DNA from: a virus
Lineage: Duplodnaviria; Caudoviricetes
Length of the DNA stretch: 61,879 bases
Reading direction: 5' to 3' (one strand)
IMG/VR virus record: IMGVR_UViG_3300032073_003536
Location: 1-61,879 of that record
The position numbers and the translations under genes were made by a program. A model generated the notes under the pieces. It made no database searches. It saw only the letters and a list, made by a program, of their open reading frames with translations, and was not told the DNA's origin. Shown here in pieces: positions 46,389 to 56,393 of this stretch; the stretch's first letter is position 1, and each line of letters begins with the position of its first letter.

Positions 46389-46972
46389 ATTTTGTACCAT
46401 ATGTAATAGAAAAAACAAGTAATGGCGAACGTAGTTATGATATCTATAGTAGATTATTAAAAGAACGTATTGTGTTTTTAAACGGAGAAGTAAACGATAC
46501 TGTAAGTAATAGTATTTGTGCTCAGTTACTTTTTTTAGAAGCAGAAGATCCAGATACAGATATAAATTTTTACATTAACTCGCCAGGCGGTGTAGTTACA
46601 AGTGGTATGGCTATGTACGATACCATGCAATACATTAAACCAGATATTTCAACTATTGTAATGGGACAAGCGGCTTCAATGGGTAGTTTATTAGCACAGT
46701 CGGGTGCGGCTGGAAAACGTTATATGTTGCCAGGTGCTAGACACATGATACACCAACCATTAGGCGGTGCAAGTGGACAAGCAAGTGATATAGAAATCCG
46801 TGCTAAAGAGATTGTAAGAATTAAGAAAGAACTTACTGAAGTGTATGTAAGACATAATACTAAAGATAAAACATTCCAAGACTTTGAAAGTGCTATGGAC
46901 AGAGATAATTTTATGACTGCCAAAGAAGCCTTAGATTTTGGGCTGGTAGACGAAATTATTACTAAGAGATAG
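46385..46972 (+). CDS. clpP: ClpP proteolytic subunit
   Basis: [33 protein letters not shown]. Confidence 0.97.
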   Translation: MNFVPYVIEKTSNGERSYDIYSRLLKERIVFLNGEVNDTVSNSICAQLLFLEAEDPDTDINFYINSPGGVVTSGMAMYDTMQYIKPDISTIVMGQAASMGSLLAQSGAAGKRYMLPGARHMIHQPLGGASGQASDIEIRAKEIVRIKKELTEVYVRHNTKDKTFQDFESAMDRDNFMTAKEALDFGLVDEIITKR

Positions 46973-46984
46973 ATAAGTAATAGT

Positions 46985-47335
46985 ATGACTATAAATGTTT
47001 TTAACCCAACAGAACTTGTTTCAGTTACAGAAAGTGCAAAAGCACACTTACTTCAGCAGATTGGCGATTCTATAGGTGTTAGTTTAGGACTAATGCCAAA
47101 CGGTTGTGCAGGATTTGAATACGACTGGGAAGTCGTTAATGAAGTACCAGACGATTATACTGAATTACTATTAGGAGATAAGTTATTACTCGTAGACAAT
47201 ATGAGTTCAGATTTTCTAGTTGGTAGCATTATTGATTTGAAGGACGAAGGTATAAAAGGAAAGACACTAACAGTTACCTCCCCTAAGGCACTAGGAAGTT
47301 GTGGCTGTGGGGAATCGGTGACGTTTGATGTCTGA
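46985..47335 (+). CDS. A-type Fe-S carrier (SufA/IscA/HesB)
   Basis: GCAGFEY, CGCGES. Confidence 0.92.
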   Translation: MTINVFNPTELVSVTESAKAHLLQQIGDSIGVSLGLMPNGCAGFEYDWEVVNEVPDDYTELLLGDKLLLVDNMSSDFLVGSIIDLKDEGIKGKTLTVTSPKALGSCGCGESVTFDV

Positions 47336-48212
47336 ACTTAACTTCATAGAATATTCTGTAAACAGAAACGAATACGATCCAGGCGATGTTATTATCGCTT
47401 TACGTGGTTTAGGCTTTCAACAAATAAGCCATGCAATTAATGAAAAGGCTACAATGTGGTCTTGTAATGGTTGCGTATTACTACTAACTATTAATGATAA
47501 AATTGAAACAGGACTAACAGGATTAGGACTAAACACACCTATTGCACCAGATGGCAGTATTCACTGTGAAACAACAGGACTTAACCTATACAAAGACCCT
47601 AACGGATTAAACATCTATACTTACCCTGTTGAAGGATTTAAAAAAGTATTTGACGAACATTTTAATTTAAGAGGACAAGCAGGTACACAAGATGCATTAC
47701 AGTTCTTTGGTGGTGTTGTATATAGATGTAACAGTTCTAATATCAGAAATACTTTAGTAGACCAACTTAAATTAAGAATTGTAAAAACAACAGAAAATTA
47801 TATAACAGGTGTTTGTAGTCAAAACAGATTTAATATACTTTGGGATTTACATAGTGAAGATAATGTGCTTGATACATTAATTATTGTTACAGACGATATA
47901 ACAGATGTTGTTTCAAAATACATTGGTAGAGGATTTGATAGTGCTCCACTTAATGATGTAAGAAAATTAGAGATAAAAGAAAAGTATGCAACACAAGAAG
48001 AAGCATTATTTCCGCCAACACATTTTATTGCAGGTTGGGATTTGAATTTAGGCGGTAAAGAGAAAAGTTATGTTATCGAAAAAATGTTCGAAAATGCATT
48101 GCCTAACTTAAATATAGTAGTGCAAGAGAGACATAATCACAACGGAATAAACGAAGAAACATTACTTTACTACTCTCAAGTTCACGAATTTGAGGGGCAG
48201 TTAGTTGAATAG
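47328..48212 (+). CDS. Divergent VOC-fold protein resembling 4-hydroxyphenylpyruvate dioxygenase
   Basis: FIEYS...LGF...ATMW..NG.VLLL N-terminus and C-terminal VQERHNHNGINE echo HPPD. Confidence 0.5.
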   Translation: MSELNFIEYSVNRNEYDPGDVIIALRGLGFQQISHAINEKATMWSCNGCVLLLTINDKIETGLTGLGLNTPIAPDGSIHCETTGLNLYKDPNGLNIYTYPVEGFKKVFDEHFNLRGQAGTQDALQFFGGVVYRCNSSNIRNTLVDQLKLRIVKTTENYITGVCSQNRFNILWDLHSEDNVLDTLIIVTDDITDVVSKYIGRGFDSAPLNDVRKLEIKEKYATQEEALFPPTHFIAGWDLNLGGKEKSYVIEKMFENALPNLNIVVQERHNHNGINEETLLYYSQVHEFEGQLVE

Positions 48213-48528
48213 TATATTAGATAACATTTTTCCATACAAGTTATTAGGTAAAACATATACTAGTAAGCCAGAAGACATAGAAGATAGAACTGCTATGTTT
48301 AGAGAACGTTGGGATAGTTGGAAACATACAAGTATAAAATTACCAGCAGATTTACACAAAGCGGCTAGTTATGGTAGTGCTAGATATATACAAGGGTCTG
48401 CAGATAAAAAAGTTAAAACTTTTGCAAAGAAACACAAATTAAAAGAGTTTTGGGAATATCAAATTAGAGGCGATGAATTAAGATTCGCTGATGAAGATTT
48501 TGCATTACTATTTAGATTAACATTATGA
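48205..48528 (+). CDS. Hypothetical protein
   Basis: Coupled ORF. Confidence 0.65.
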   Translation: MNSILDNIFPYKLLGKTYTSKPEDIEDRTAMFRERWDSWKHTSIKLPADLHKAASYGSARYIQGSADKKVKTFAKKHKLKEFWEYQIRGDELRFADEDFALLFRLTL

Positions 48529-48860
48529 ATCCATTAATAGATTACACCACTAAGACAACAGACGAGTTGTTAGAGTTAAACAAAGAGTACACTAAAAAGT
48601 TATATAACATTAGTGGTACAAATCCTTTGTATAATCATATATTGGCATTAAGAGATCAAGTGCAAATGGAATACGGCGAACGTATGCAGTTGCAAATACA
48701 CAAAGATAAACTAAAAGGCGACCACGCAAAAATTATAGAGATAGGAGAGATTGAATCTGTAGAATACGGACTTGATCCTGATGATCAAACTAAATTTGTA
48801 ACAGAGGTTGCTAACACATACAGAAGCAAAGATGAAGACAATACACCTAAAGACGGATAA
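48525..48860 (+). CDS. Hypothetical protein
   Basis: Coupled ORF. Confidence 0.65.
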   Translation: MNPLIDYTTKTTDELLELNKEYTKKLYNISGTNPLYNHILALRDQVQMEYGERMQLQIHKDKLKGDHAKIIEIGEIESVEYGLDPDDQTKFVTEVANTYRSKDEDNTPKDG

Positions 48861-49572
48861 AGAAATACATTTAATAGGAATGTTAAATGTTCCTAACGAA
48901 AGTGATATAGAATCCTTAGAACAATTTAGATTTACAATAGCATACACTATGTTTGTTAGCCAAGATAACAATGAATCAATTGAAGAACTAAGCATAGCAC
49001 AAAATATAAGTTATCAAAAAATAAATCATTTTTTAAGTTATTATGTCGACCATGCAATGTGGTATGATGTAAACGGACAAGATATGATAGATAAACATTT
49101 AACACAATGTAGAAATTTATTATTAATAACACCTATAGTTAATGTAACATACTTAGGAAATTGCTTGTTTAAAAAATTTAACACACTATGCAAACCAAAT
49201 GTATATGTAGATGGCGTGTCTATATTAGACCACAGTACAGGATTATCATATGTTTATAGAACAGATGAGCCTGATGCAGAAATAGAAATATTACCAGATT
49301 CAAAAGAATGGCCCGGAGAGTTTTCTATATATGATACACCATGGTGGGAGAGAGATAGCATAAGTGCATACGACTATTCTTGCAAATCTCAAGAAGAATT
49401 AGATAATATTAAATTTCAAATAGAAGAAGGTGAGATTGAACACGAAGATTGGAAAATAATCGAAGATGAAGTTATAAAACAATTAAGTAACGATCCTAAT
49501 TTTAATCAAGAAAACGGTAAGGTAATTAAGTTTGATTTTAAGAAAGCAAACAACCCTAAAAAGGTTGACTAA
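48832..49572 (+). CDS. Hypothetical protein
   Basis: Long ORF, PWW motif. Confidence 0.7.
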   Translation: MKTIHLKTDKEIHLIGMLNVPNESDIESLEQFRFTIAYTMFVSQDNNESIEELSIAQNISYQKINHFLSYYVDHAMWYDVNGQDMIDKHLTQCRNLLLITPIVNVTYLGNCLFKKFNTLCKPNVYVDGVSILDHSTGLSYVYRTDEPDAEIEILPDSKEWPGEFSIYDTPWWERDSISAYDYSCKSQEELDNIKFQIEEGEIEHEDWKIIEDEVIKQLSNDPNFNQENGKVIKFDFKKANNPKKVD

Positions 49573-49593
49573 TAACAAACAATACTATATACT
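49565..49593 (+). promoter_or_regulatory. Sigma70-type promoter, predicted leaderless transcript
   Basis: TTGACT-N17-TATACT, 6 nt before the ATG. Confidence 0.75.
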
Positions 49594-49599
49594 AACAAT

Positions 49600-50109
49600 A
49601 TGTTAGACAAGCATAATAGATATCTTAGTGACGAGAATACAGGCGTAGAAATGCTGTATCGTAATATAGATATTAACACTACTGAGTTTCAGAACACTGA
49701 TGATATTGCAATGTACAATGAAAATGCTGAGCATTTTGATATAAAAACGTTGCAAATTTTAGGTGAAGATGATTTAGATAGGATAAATACATACATAATT
49801 CCACAACACTATAAAGATTTAGATGTTGAGGAATATATAAGAGAGTTAGTTCCAAACGGAGTGGACGGCACTGATAACGCCGAGGCCAGTCAAAGGGTTG
49901 AGATGGAACTAGCAATGTATAAGGAAAGAGGACTTTATCCTATACTACAAGTATTAATATATGTTGTAGACACTCTAAGAAAACATAATTTAGTTTGGGG
50001 TGTAGGTAGAGGCAGTAGTGTAGCAAGTTATTTGCTCCATTTAATCGGAGTCCACAAAGTAGATTCGGTTAAATACAATTTAGATATAAAGGAATTCCTA
50101 AAGAGGTAA
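49600..50109 (+). CDS. DNA polymerase III alpha (DnaE) N-terminal palm fragment
   Basis: RVEMEL...WGVGRGSSVASYLLHLIGVHKVD..KYNL..KEFL. Confidence 0.85.
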   Translation: MLDKHNRYLSDENTGVEMLYRNIDINTTEFQNTDDIAMYNENAEHFDIKTLQILGEDDLDRINTYIIPQHYKDLDVEEYIRELVPNGVDGTDNAEASQRVEMELAMYKERGLYPILQVLIYVVDTLRKHNLVWGVGRGSSVASYLLHLIGVHKVDSVKYNLDIKEFLKR

Positions 50110-50111
50110 GA

Positions 50112-50594
50112 ATGGTACAAAGAAAAAGTAATAAAGGTGTTATTATCGATATGGAAACATTACTATCAATGAATAGTGATGAGTTAGCAGTTGGTAACAT
50201 GAAAGTTAATGCGGCAGGTGATGTATTAGGTGACAAAGGCGAAGTCATACAAAAAGCAGAAGACCGTGTTAAAGCCTACTATGAAGCCAATCCTAAATCT
50301 AGTACTGCTCAGTCATCGTTAAAAGGCGCAATGCCAGACGTTCCAGAACAAGTACAATCAGATATGGCTCCAGAGTTAAAAACTGCTGAAGCAGAAAAAA
50401 CAGAAGCAAACCAAAGTGTAATGGATCAAGTAGATCCTGCTAGTGTGCCTGCTCCAGATGTAATTCAAGAAGAAGTTACTATGGTAGATGAGGAAAGAAC
50501 AATAGTAAGTTACAAAGAAGTAGAATTACCTAACGGTGATATTGAAATGGTTCCTGTATACGAAGATGATTGGACTGAAGATGACAAGGCTTAG
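50112..50594 (+). CDS. Conserved jumbo-phage hypothetical protein
   Basis: AVGNMKVNAAGDVLG; acidic tail. Confidence 0.7.
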   Translation: MVQRKSNKGVIIDMETLLSMNSDELAVGNMKVNAAGDVLGDKGEVIQKAEDRVKAYYEANPKSSTAQSSLKGAMPDVPEQVQSDMAPELKTAEAEKTEANQSVMDQVDPASVPAPDVIQEEVTMVDEERTIVSYKEVELPNGDIEMVPVYEDDWTEDDKA

Positions 50595-50943
50595 AGCATA
50601 TAAAGATAACATACTTTGCATTGAAGGTGATTTTGGAGACAAAACTACTGAAGCAGGTATTATAATTAAATCCACAATAGGTTCAGACGAAGGTATTGCA
50701 CCACGTTGGTTCAAAGCATTTGAAGTAGGTCCGGACATTGATTGGGTTAAGCCAGGTCAATGGTTGTATGTTGAATATGGCAGATGGACAGAAGGTTTTG
50801 CTGTAAAAGACGATAGACTTGAAGTAGGTCAAAAACTATGGAAAGTAGATCCTGAAGCATGTATGATGATATCAGATGAAGATCCTACTGCAAACAACAC
50901 AAACATTGGTAACATATCCTCTATGAAGCCAGACGATATTTAA
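50581..50943 (+). CDS. GroES-like co-chaperonin
   Basis: LRAYKDNIL...TEAGIII...VGP...VKPGQW.YVEYGRWT. Confidence 0.75.
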   Translation: MTRLRAYKDNILCIEGDFGDKTTEAGIIIKSTIGSDEGIAPRWFKAFEVGPDIDWVKPGQWLYVEYGRWTEGFAVKDDRLEVGQKLWKVDPEACMMISDEDPTANNTNIGNISSMKPDDI

Positions 50944-50944
50944 T

Positions 50945-51118
50945 ATGAAATTACAAGAAGCACCACAACGAACAGGTCTTAGCACCGTAGGATTATCAGG
51001 AATTACTATACTAGCAGGAGTTGTATTCGACTTTCTTAACCCTTGGTGGTTAATTGCAAGTGCATTTCTTATCCTAGTAGGAGTTGGACTTGAATCAGGA
51101 CAACGTAAAGAGTTTTAA
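50945..51118 (+). CDS. Small two-TM membrane protein (57 aa)
   Basis: Read manually; two hydrophobic segments. Confidence 0.55.
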   Translation: MKLQEAPQRTGLSTVGLSGITILAGVVFDFLNPWWLIASAFLILVGVGLESGQRKEF

Positions 51119-52182
51119 CTGTAACTTATAGTAATTACAGCAGTACCAGTGGTACTACTATCAGCATCAAAATAAGCCAACACACTAGTATCAGTTGCAT
51201 TAGAGTAAACAAAATTAGGTTGTACTTCGTATGTTCCAGTATCTGTTAAATCCAAATAATCATCTGTCATTAGTCTATCAGTATCACTAGCATCACCAAC
51301 TGTAAGAGTTGGAGCACTACCGTCAAATGCAGTTGTAACATCAACTGTAACACTTTGTACTTTACTACCACTACTGATATTGCCTATAACAGTACTTGCA
51401 CCAGTTGAGTGTAAAATAGTTGTTGTAAGTGTACCTGAATCTGTAACTGCACTATCGGCTGTACCAATAAGTGTTAAGTGTCCTGCATTGGCTGGATCAG
51501 CCTGGTCGGCAATGTACAATCTATATTCACCATCACCACCATCAGCAACTTTAACAAAGTCACCTGCTTCTACATCATTAGCGGCAAATAAGGCTGTAAG
51601 GTTTGCATAGGTTCTATAAACCATGCTACTACCAGTTGATGTAACACCAGTGTTACCAACATATCTTGCGCCAGCAACATAAATTACATTACCACTTGAC
51701 GTGCCTATAGCACTTGGAAGGTTGCTACCAATAAAGTTTAATACACCTGACTGGTAATCAAAATACCATTCGTCACTTGAACCAGAACCTGTTTCAAATA
51801 ATTGTGTACCATTTGTTTGTACATCTGCTGTACTAGTAGGAGCGGCATAAACTTTTAATTGGTATGTTGCACCAAAACTTGGAGATATCCAATTTGTTGC
51901 ATTTGTTTTCCACGTTCTATTATCTGATGAACTACCGTCCTCAACTATTTCTAATGCATCTGCATCTGCATCTGTGTAAATGTGTACAATACTGCTATTA
52001 GCACTTGGTATTGTACTTGGAATACTGCTTGACTGATTCCAAATATCCGAATCTTTAATTACTAAACTACTTGCTATAGGTTCATTAGGTGCTTTTTTGT
52101 TATCATTAGTATCAGTTTTGGCTTTACCAAAACCAATCTTCTTCCAAAGTAAATCAATTTTTTGTGAATCTGATATTGCCAT
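51115..52182 (-). CDS. Virion structural protein
   Basis: S/T/G/D-rich; KIDLLWKK, WYFDYQSGVLNF, GARYVG. Confidence 0.75.
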   Translation of the reverse strand: MAISDSQKIDLLWKKIGFGKAKTDTNDNKKAPNEPIASSLVIKDSDIWNQSSSIPSTIPSANSSIVHIYTDADADALEIVEDGSSSDNRTWKTNATNWISPSFGATYQLKVYAAPTSTADVQTNGTQLFETGSGSSDEWYFDYQSGVLNFIGSNLPSAIGTSSGNVIYVAGARYVGNTGVTSTGSSMVYRTYANLTALFAANDVEAGDFVKVADGGDGEYRLYIADQADPANAGHLTLIGTADSAVTDSGTLTTTILHSTGASTVIGNISSGSKVQSVTVDVTTAFDGSAPTLTVGDASDTDRLMTDDYLDLTDTGTYEVQPNFVYSNATDTSVLAYFDADSSTTGTAVITISYS

Positions 52183-54806
52183 TATGCTATACTCAATGCT
52201 GTGAGTTCGTCTCCGGACTCTAGTTTAATTCTAATTAATATATTATTACCAAAACTGTTTGTTGCATTTTGGTCACCTAATGTTAAGGTAAAACTATCAT
52301 TACTATATGTTGTACCATCTATAATTCTATCACCTGATGTAAATGCACAACCATTTGATCCGTTTCCACCATTACTGGTATCACTACCAGGAGTTCCTGC
52401 ACCACCGTACGTTACACCTGCATCAATCCAACCATTTAATCCACTAGCACTATCTATGCCTGTGGCCGGAGCCGCTACAAAAAAGCCACTTACCTTACCA
52501 CTTAATGTAATTGTAAAGTTAGCCATTGTAGTTCTTCTAAATGCAAAAGTAAAATATTGTGCTCCACTTCTGCCTGTGTTTAAATCTGGTCCTTGGGGTA
52601 GGTATGCTGTACTACTTAAATCTGTATCAAAATGTTTTATTTCTCCCCAACGTGTAACTGCTTCAGTTGTACCTGCAATAGTTTGTGCACCAGTCCAAGC
52701 ACTACCTGTATAGTAGTTAGTTGAATTACTAAAACTTGGATTATCTGTACTAGGCAAACCTGTAATACGTTTTCCGTTATCATTAAACCCAGCACCTAAA
52801 CTACTTGATACTGATATGCTCTCTTCATCAATACCTGTACTACCATTAAATGCTTGTACATATTTGCCACTTAGTTCTGCATAGGAACCTGTGCCATTAA
52901 CACTAAACATTCTTGCTTTAATTTGTTCTATACCAATACCACCGCCATTAACATTAACAGTAACATCACCTAATGAATATGCGGCGCCACTATTGGCACC
53001 TGTATTTGCTTTTGGTACACCACTATCTAAAAATGTTGTAGTGCCATCTATTTCTGCGTAAGTGGAATATTGTGTTGAAACTGTTGAACCACTTGTTGAT
53101 TCTTGATTAGTACCGTTTGCTATAGCAAATGGACTTGAAGTTTGTGAGTAACATTGACCAATCCAATCGTAAACTGTTACGCCACCTAATGTTAATGTTG
53201 CATCATTTGTGTAATAAGGAACACCTGAAATATATTTTAATGTTCCTGCACTTGCCTGTACAAGTGTTGCACCTGACATACTTACTGTTGGTGTATCTAC
53301 TACGTCATCTTTTACAAAAGAAAGTGTATTAGTATCACCTGTAACAGAATGACTTAATTTGTATGAGTGCGAACCAACTGCCAGTCCTGCTGTGGACTTA
53401 GATACTTTTGCTTTAAATCCTTGATGTAATCCTGGACTATAAATTGAATTACTAAATGATGATGAACCACCACTACTGCTTAAAAATTGATAATCACTTT
53501 CTTGTGTAATAGTAAGTCCGTTATCACTGCCACTATCATCTGCATTACTAAATGTTATAGAACCATCTGTAGCACCATCTATAACTGCTGTTAATGTTCC
53601 AGCATCTCCATTATAAGCAAAACTACTCATAACTGTTGATTCTGTTGTTGTGCCTGCACTTGCATTTGTAATTCTTGTAACTGATTGTCCTACAGTAACA
53701 CTATCCGCTGTACTGTTATCAGTAAAGCCATGTGCCGCTCTAGGACTTGAACCTGAACTGTTTTCACCAAATGTAATTGTTTTACTACTTAATCCACTTG
53801 GTGCTGATATACTGCCGTCATATACTTTTAATGAATCTGTTGCAGTACTGTTTAATTCACCTGGGTCTGCTGTACTATGAGCAGTTTGTACTAAAGTAAT
53901 TGTTCTCATACTGGAGCCACTATCAGAAGCATAAGCATGACTTTTTCTTGCTTGACCTACGTCACCTGCTGTACCACTACTAATTGTTTCTGTAGCACTA
54001 CCATCACCCCAATTGACTGTATAAGTACAAGTTGCTGAGCCTGAGTTTGTTGTTGTATTTTCTAAATAAATTGTTTCACCCGAATTAATTTCTCTACTGT
54101 TACCAGTTAATGCACTACCACCAGAACTAGCAGTAAATATGCCAAAGTTGGCTACTGGAGTTGCTGTATATAATGTAATGAAATTTGTTTTTGTTACTGT
54201 AGCACTGGAACCTTCACCACTACCACTTGTATTTCTTGCTACAATTACAACGTCATATGGTGAATTTGAATTGTCTGTATATGTATGACTTGGAGTACTG
54301 TCTGATGTGCCATTAGTATTGGAACCATCGCCCCAATCTATGTCATACTGATTTGAATTACCAACTGTAGATATAGTTAATGTAACTGTAAGTGGATTAC
54401 CACCTGAACTAACGTTGGTTGTTGCATCTACACTTTTAACATAAGTATTGTTTCTTATGTTTTCCATAGTTTCGTTTAATCTGTCTATGGACTCTGATAC
54501 TGTAGTTGAGCTTGTTAGTGATGTAACACTACCCGGACTAACAAAGTCACCATCACCTCCAGTACCCAATGTAATATTGTAAGCATTTGTACTTACATTA
54601 CTAACTGCTGTATCTAATTGTGATTTTGTTACTGCATCCGTACTTACCACACCGTCGGCAATCCTCATATTTGCTAATGTTGTACCGTCGTTCGCCATAA
54701 CTTGCATGGCACTTGTAGTTGCATTTGCTACTAACTTAGGTCCTCTTTTACCAAATTGAAGATCAGTGGATACACCTTTTTGACCAAATCTATTTTCGTT
54801 TGCCAA
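52182..54806 (-). CDS. Large virion structural protein with two PKD-like domains
   Basis: IDWGDG...SHTY and VNWGDG...SHAY; YISGVPYY; QYFTFAFRR; GATAAATA at 54842-54849. Confidence 0.8.
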   Translation of the reverse strand: MANENRFGQKGVSTDLQFGKRGPKLVANATTSAMQVMANDGTTLANMRIADGVVSTDAVTKSQLDTAVSNVSTNAYNITLGTGGDGDFVSPGSVTSLTSSTTVSESIDRLNETMENIRNNTYVKSVDATTNVSSGGNPLTVTLTISTVGNSNQYDIDWGDGSNTNGTSDSTPSHTYTDNSNSPYDVVIVARNTSGSGEGSSATVTKTNFITLYTATPVANFGIFTASSGGSALTGNSREINSGETIYLENTTTNSGSATCTYTVNWGDGSATETISSGTAGDVGQARKSHAYASDSGSSMRTITLVQTAHSTADPGELNSTATDSLKVYDGSISAPSGLSSKTITFGENSSGSSPRAAHGFTDNSTADSVTVGQSVTRITNASAGTTTESTVMSSFAYNGDAGTLTAVIDGATDGSITFSNADDSGSDNGLTITQESDYQFLSSSGGSSSFSNSIYSPGLHQGFKAKVSKSTAGLAVGSHSYKLSHSVTGDTNTLSFVKDDVVDTPTVSMSGATLVQASAGTLKYISGVPYYTNDATLTLGGVTVYDWIGQCYSQTSSPFAIANGTNQESTSGSTVSTQYSTYAEIDGTTTFLDSGVPKANTGANSGAAYSLGDVTVNVNGGGIGIEQIKARMFSVNGTGSYAELSGKYVQAFNGSTGIDEESISVSSSLGAGFNDNGKRITGLPSTDNPSFSNSTNYYTGSAWTGAQTIAGTTEAVTRWGEIKHFDTDLSSTAYLPQGPDLNTGRSGAQYFTFAFRRTTMANFTITLSGKVSGFFVAAPATGIDSASGLNGWIDAGVTYGGAGTPGSDTSNGGNGSNGCAFTSGDRIIDGTTYSNDSFTLTLGDQNATNSFGNNILIRIKLESGDELTALSIA

Positions 54807-54851
54807 TTTATAACTCCTACACTACAATGGTTTCTTATTGTTATTTATCAC

Positions 54852-54879
54852 TTGACATTAAATTTTTATATGCTATAAT
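54852..54879 (+). promoter_or_regulatory. Sigma70-type promoter
   Basis: TTGACA-N16-TATAAT with extended TG. Confidence 0.8.
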
Positions 54880-54906
54880 AAGTTAAAATTGCAATGGAGA
54901 ATTAAT

Positions 54907-55140
54907 ATGCACAAAGAAAAACAAGTAAAAGCACAATTTACTAAATCGGCTAGAGTTATTAGTGACTATGCTAATGATTTATATTTTGAACAACCACGTG
55001 ATGGATTAATCAAACAAGAATTAATCACATACGAAAACTTAGAACATGGAGTTAAAAAAACTACGGTGGAAAGGATCTTTACCACAAATGGTGATTACAA
55101 CGACCACACCACAATAAGTATATTACCTAACAACATCTAA
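54907..55140 (+). CDS. Hypothetical protein
   Basis: GGAG RBS. Confidence 0.65.
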   Translation: MHKEKQVKAQFTKSARVISDYANDLYFEQPRDGLIKQELITYENLEHGVKKTTVERIFTTNGDYNDHTTISILPNNI

Positions 55141-55150
55141 GGAGAAAGAG

Positions 55151-56074
55151 TTGAAAGAATTATGGGTAGAAAAGTATCGTCCGAATACTATAGCAGACTA
55201 TGTATTCAGAGATACAAATCAGAAAGGACAAGTTGCAGGTTGGATTAAAGACGGAGCATTACCACATTTGTTATTCAGCGGAGCACCAGGAACAGGTAAA
55301 ACAACATTAGCAAAAGTTTTGTTGTCTGAACTTAGTGTGGATAGCATGGACATATTAGAAATAAATGCAAGTAATGAAAATAGTGTCGATACCATCCGTA
55401 GCAAAATTACAAATTTTAGTAGCACCATGCCGTTTGGTGACCTAAAGTATGTATTGCTGGATGAGGCTGATTATATTACCCCTAATGGACAAGCCGCTCT
55501 ACGTGGTGTTATGGAAACATATCATACGTCTTGTCGCTTTATATTAACCTGCAACTATCCACAAAGAGTTATTCCTGCACTTCACAGTAGGTGTCAAGGA
55601 TTCCATATTAATAAACTTGATACTACAGAGTTTACTGCCAGGATAGCAACTATATGTATTGAAGAAGGTGTTACAATGGATTTAGAAACACTTGACACTT
55701 ATGTACAAGCAACATATCCAGATTTGCGTAAGGCAATTAATTTAGTACAGCAGAACGTAGTAGACAATGTATTGCAACGTCCACAAGAAGGCGACGGTAA
55801 TACTAGCGATTGGATGCTTAGTGCTGTTGAATTATTTAAAGCCAGCAAATACAAAGAAGCAAGGAACATGATTGTAAGTCAAGCAAGACCTGAAGAGTAT
55901 GAGGACATATACAAGTTCATGTATAGAAACTTAGAACTTTGGGGAGACACTGAACAAAAACAAGACCAAGCAATTATAATTATTAGGAATGGTATTGCTA
56001 AGGGTATTGCTGTAGCAGATCCAGAGATTAACTTATCTGCTACTTTAATTGAATTACAACTAAATAGTATGTAA
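55151..56074 (+). CDS. Clamp loader small subunit (RFC/gp44-like)
   Basis: LWVEKYRP, GAPGTGKTT, INAS, LDEAD, SRC. Confidence 0.95.
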   Translation: MKELWVEKYRPNTIADYVFRDTNQKGQVAGWIKDGALPHLLFSGAPGTGKTTLAKVLLSELSVDSMDILEINASNENSVDTIRSKITNFSSTMPFGDLKYVLLDEADYITPNGQAALRGVMETYHTSCRFILTCNYPQRVIPALHSRCQGFHINKLDTTEFTARIATICIEEGVTMDLETLDTYVQATYPDLRKAINLVQQNVVDNVLQRPQEGDGNTSDWMLSAVELFKASKYKEARNMIVSQARPEEYEDIYKFMYRNLELWGDTEQKQDQAIIIIRNGIAKGIAVADPEINLSATLIELQLNSM

Positions 56075-56075
56075 T

Positions 56076-56393
56076 ATGGTAGACTTAGAAAAAACAAAAA
56101 GAATACAGCAGGAACAAGAAGTAGAGTTTGTTCACGTAGGCTGGCGAGCAAAACTCAAGCAATGGTGGAGAACACTTTGGCGTGAAGAATGGGAACTTAC
56201 TGTATATTTTATAGCAGAAACTAAATTTTTTGAAGACAGTTCGAGAGTTAGCAGTTATGCACCTAAAACGTATCGTGCGAAAGCAATCAAAAAACTTACA
56301 CAAACACACATTATATTCGTAGACCTACTAGGTATTAAACATGAAATTAAAGTTGTTGAACCTGTAGGATATGATTTACGCAAGATATACTAA
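56076..56393 (+). CDS. Hypothetical protein
   Basis: ORF in operon. Confidence 0.65.
   Translation: MVDLEKTKRIQQEQEVEFVHVGWRAKLKQWWRTLWREEWELTVYFIAETKFFEDSSRVSSYAPKTYRAKAIKKLTQTHIIFVDLLGIKHEIKVVEPVGYDLRKIY

Noticed and set aside
22623-47335. Bacterial chromosome or host contamination
   Set aside because: Host-like genes are interleaved with phage orphans, share phage promoter motifs and composition, and lack normal operon neighbours
49600-50109. dnaE pseudogene or intron-split gene
   Set aside because: Intact promoter and ORF, no downstream dnaE remnant or intron-like sequence; the next gene starts 2 nt later
52201-53880. Plus-strand ORFs inside the large structural gene
   Set aside because: Shadow ORFs with no RBS or motifs; the same applies to most short antisense ORFs in the track
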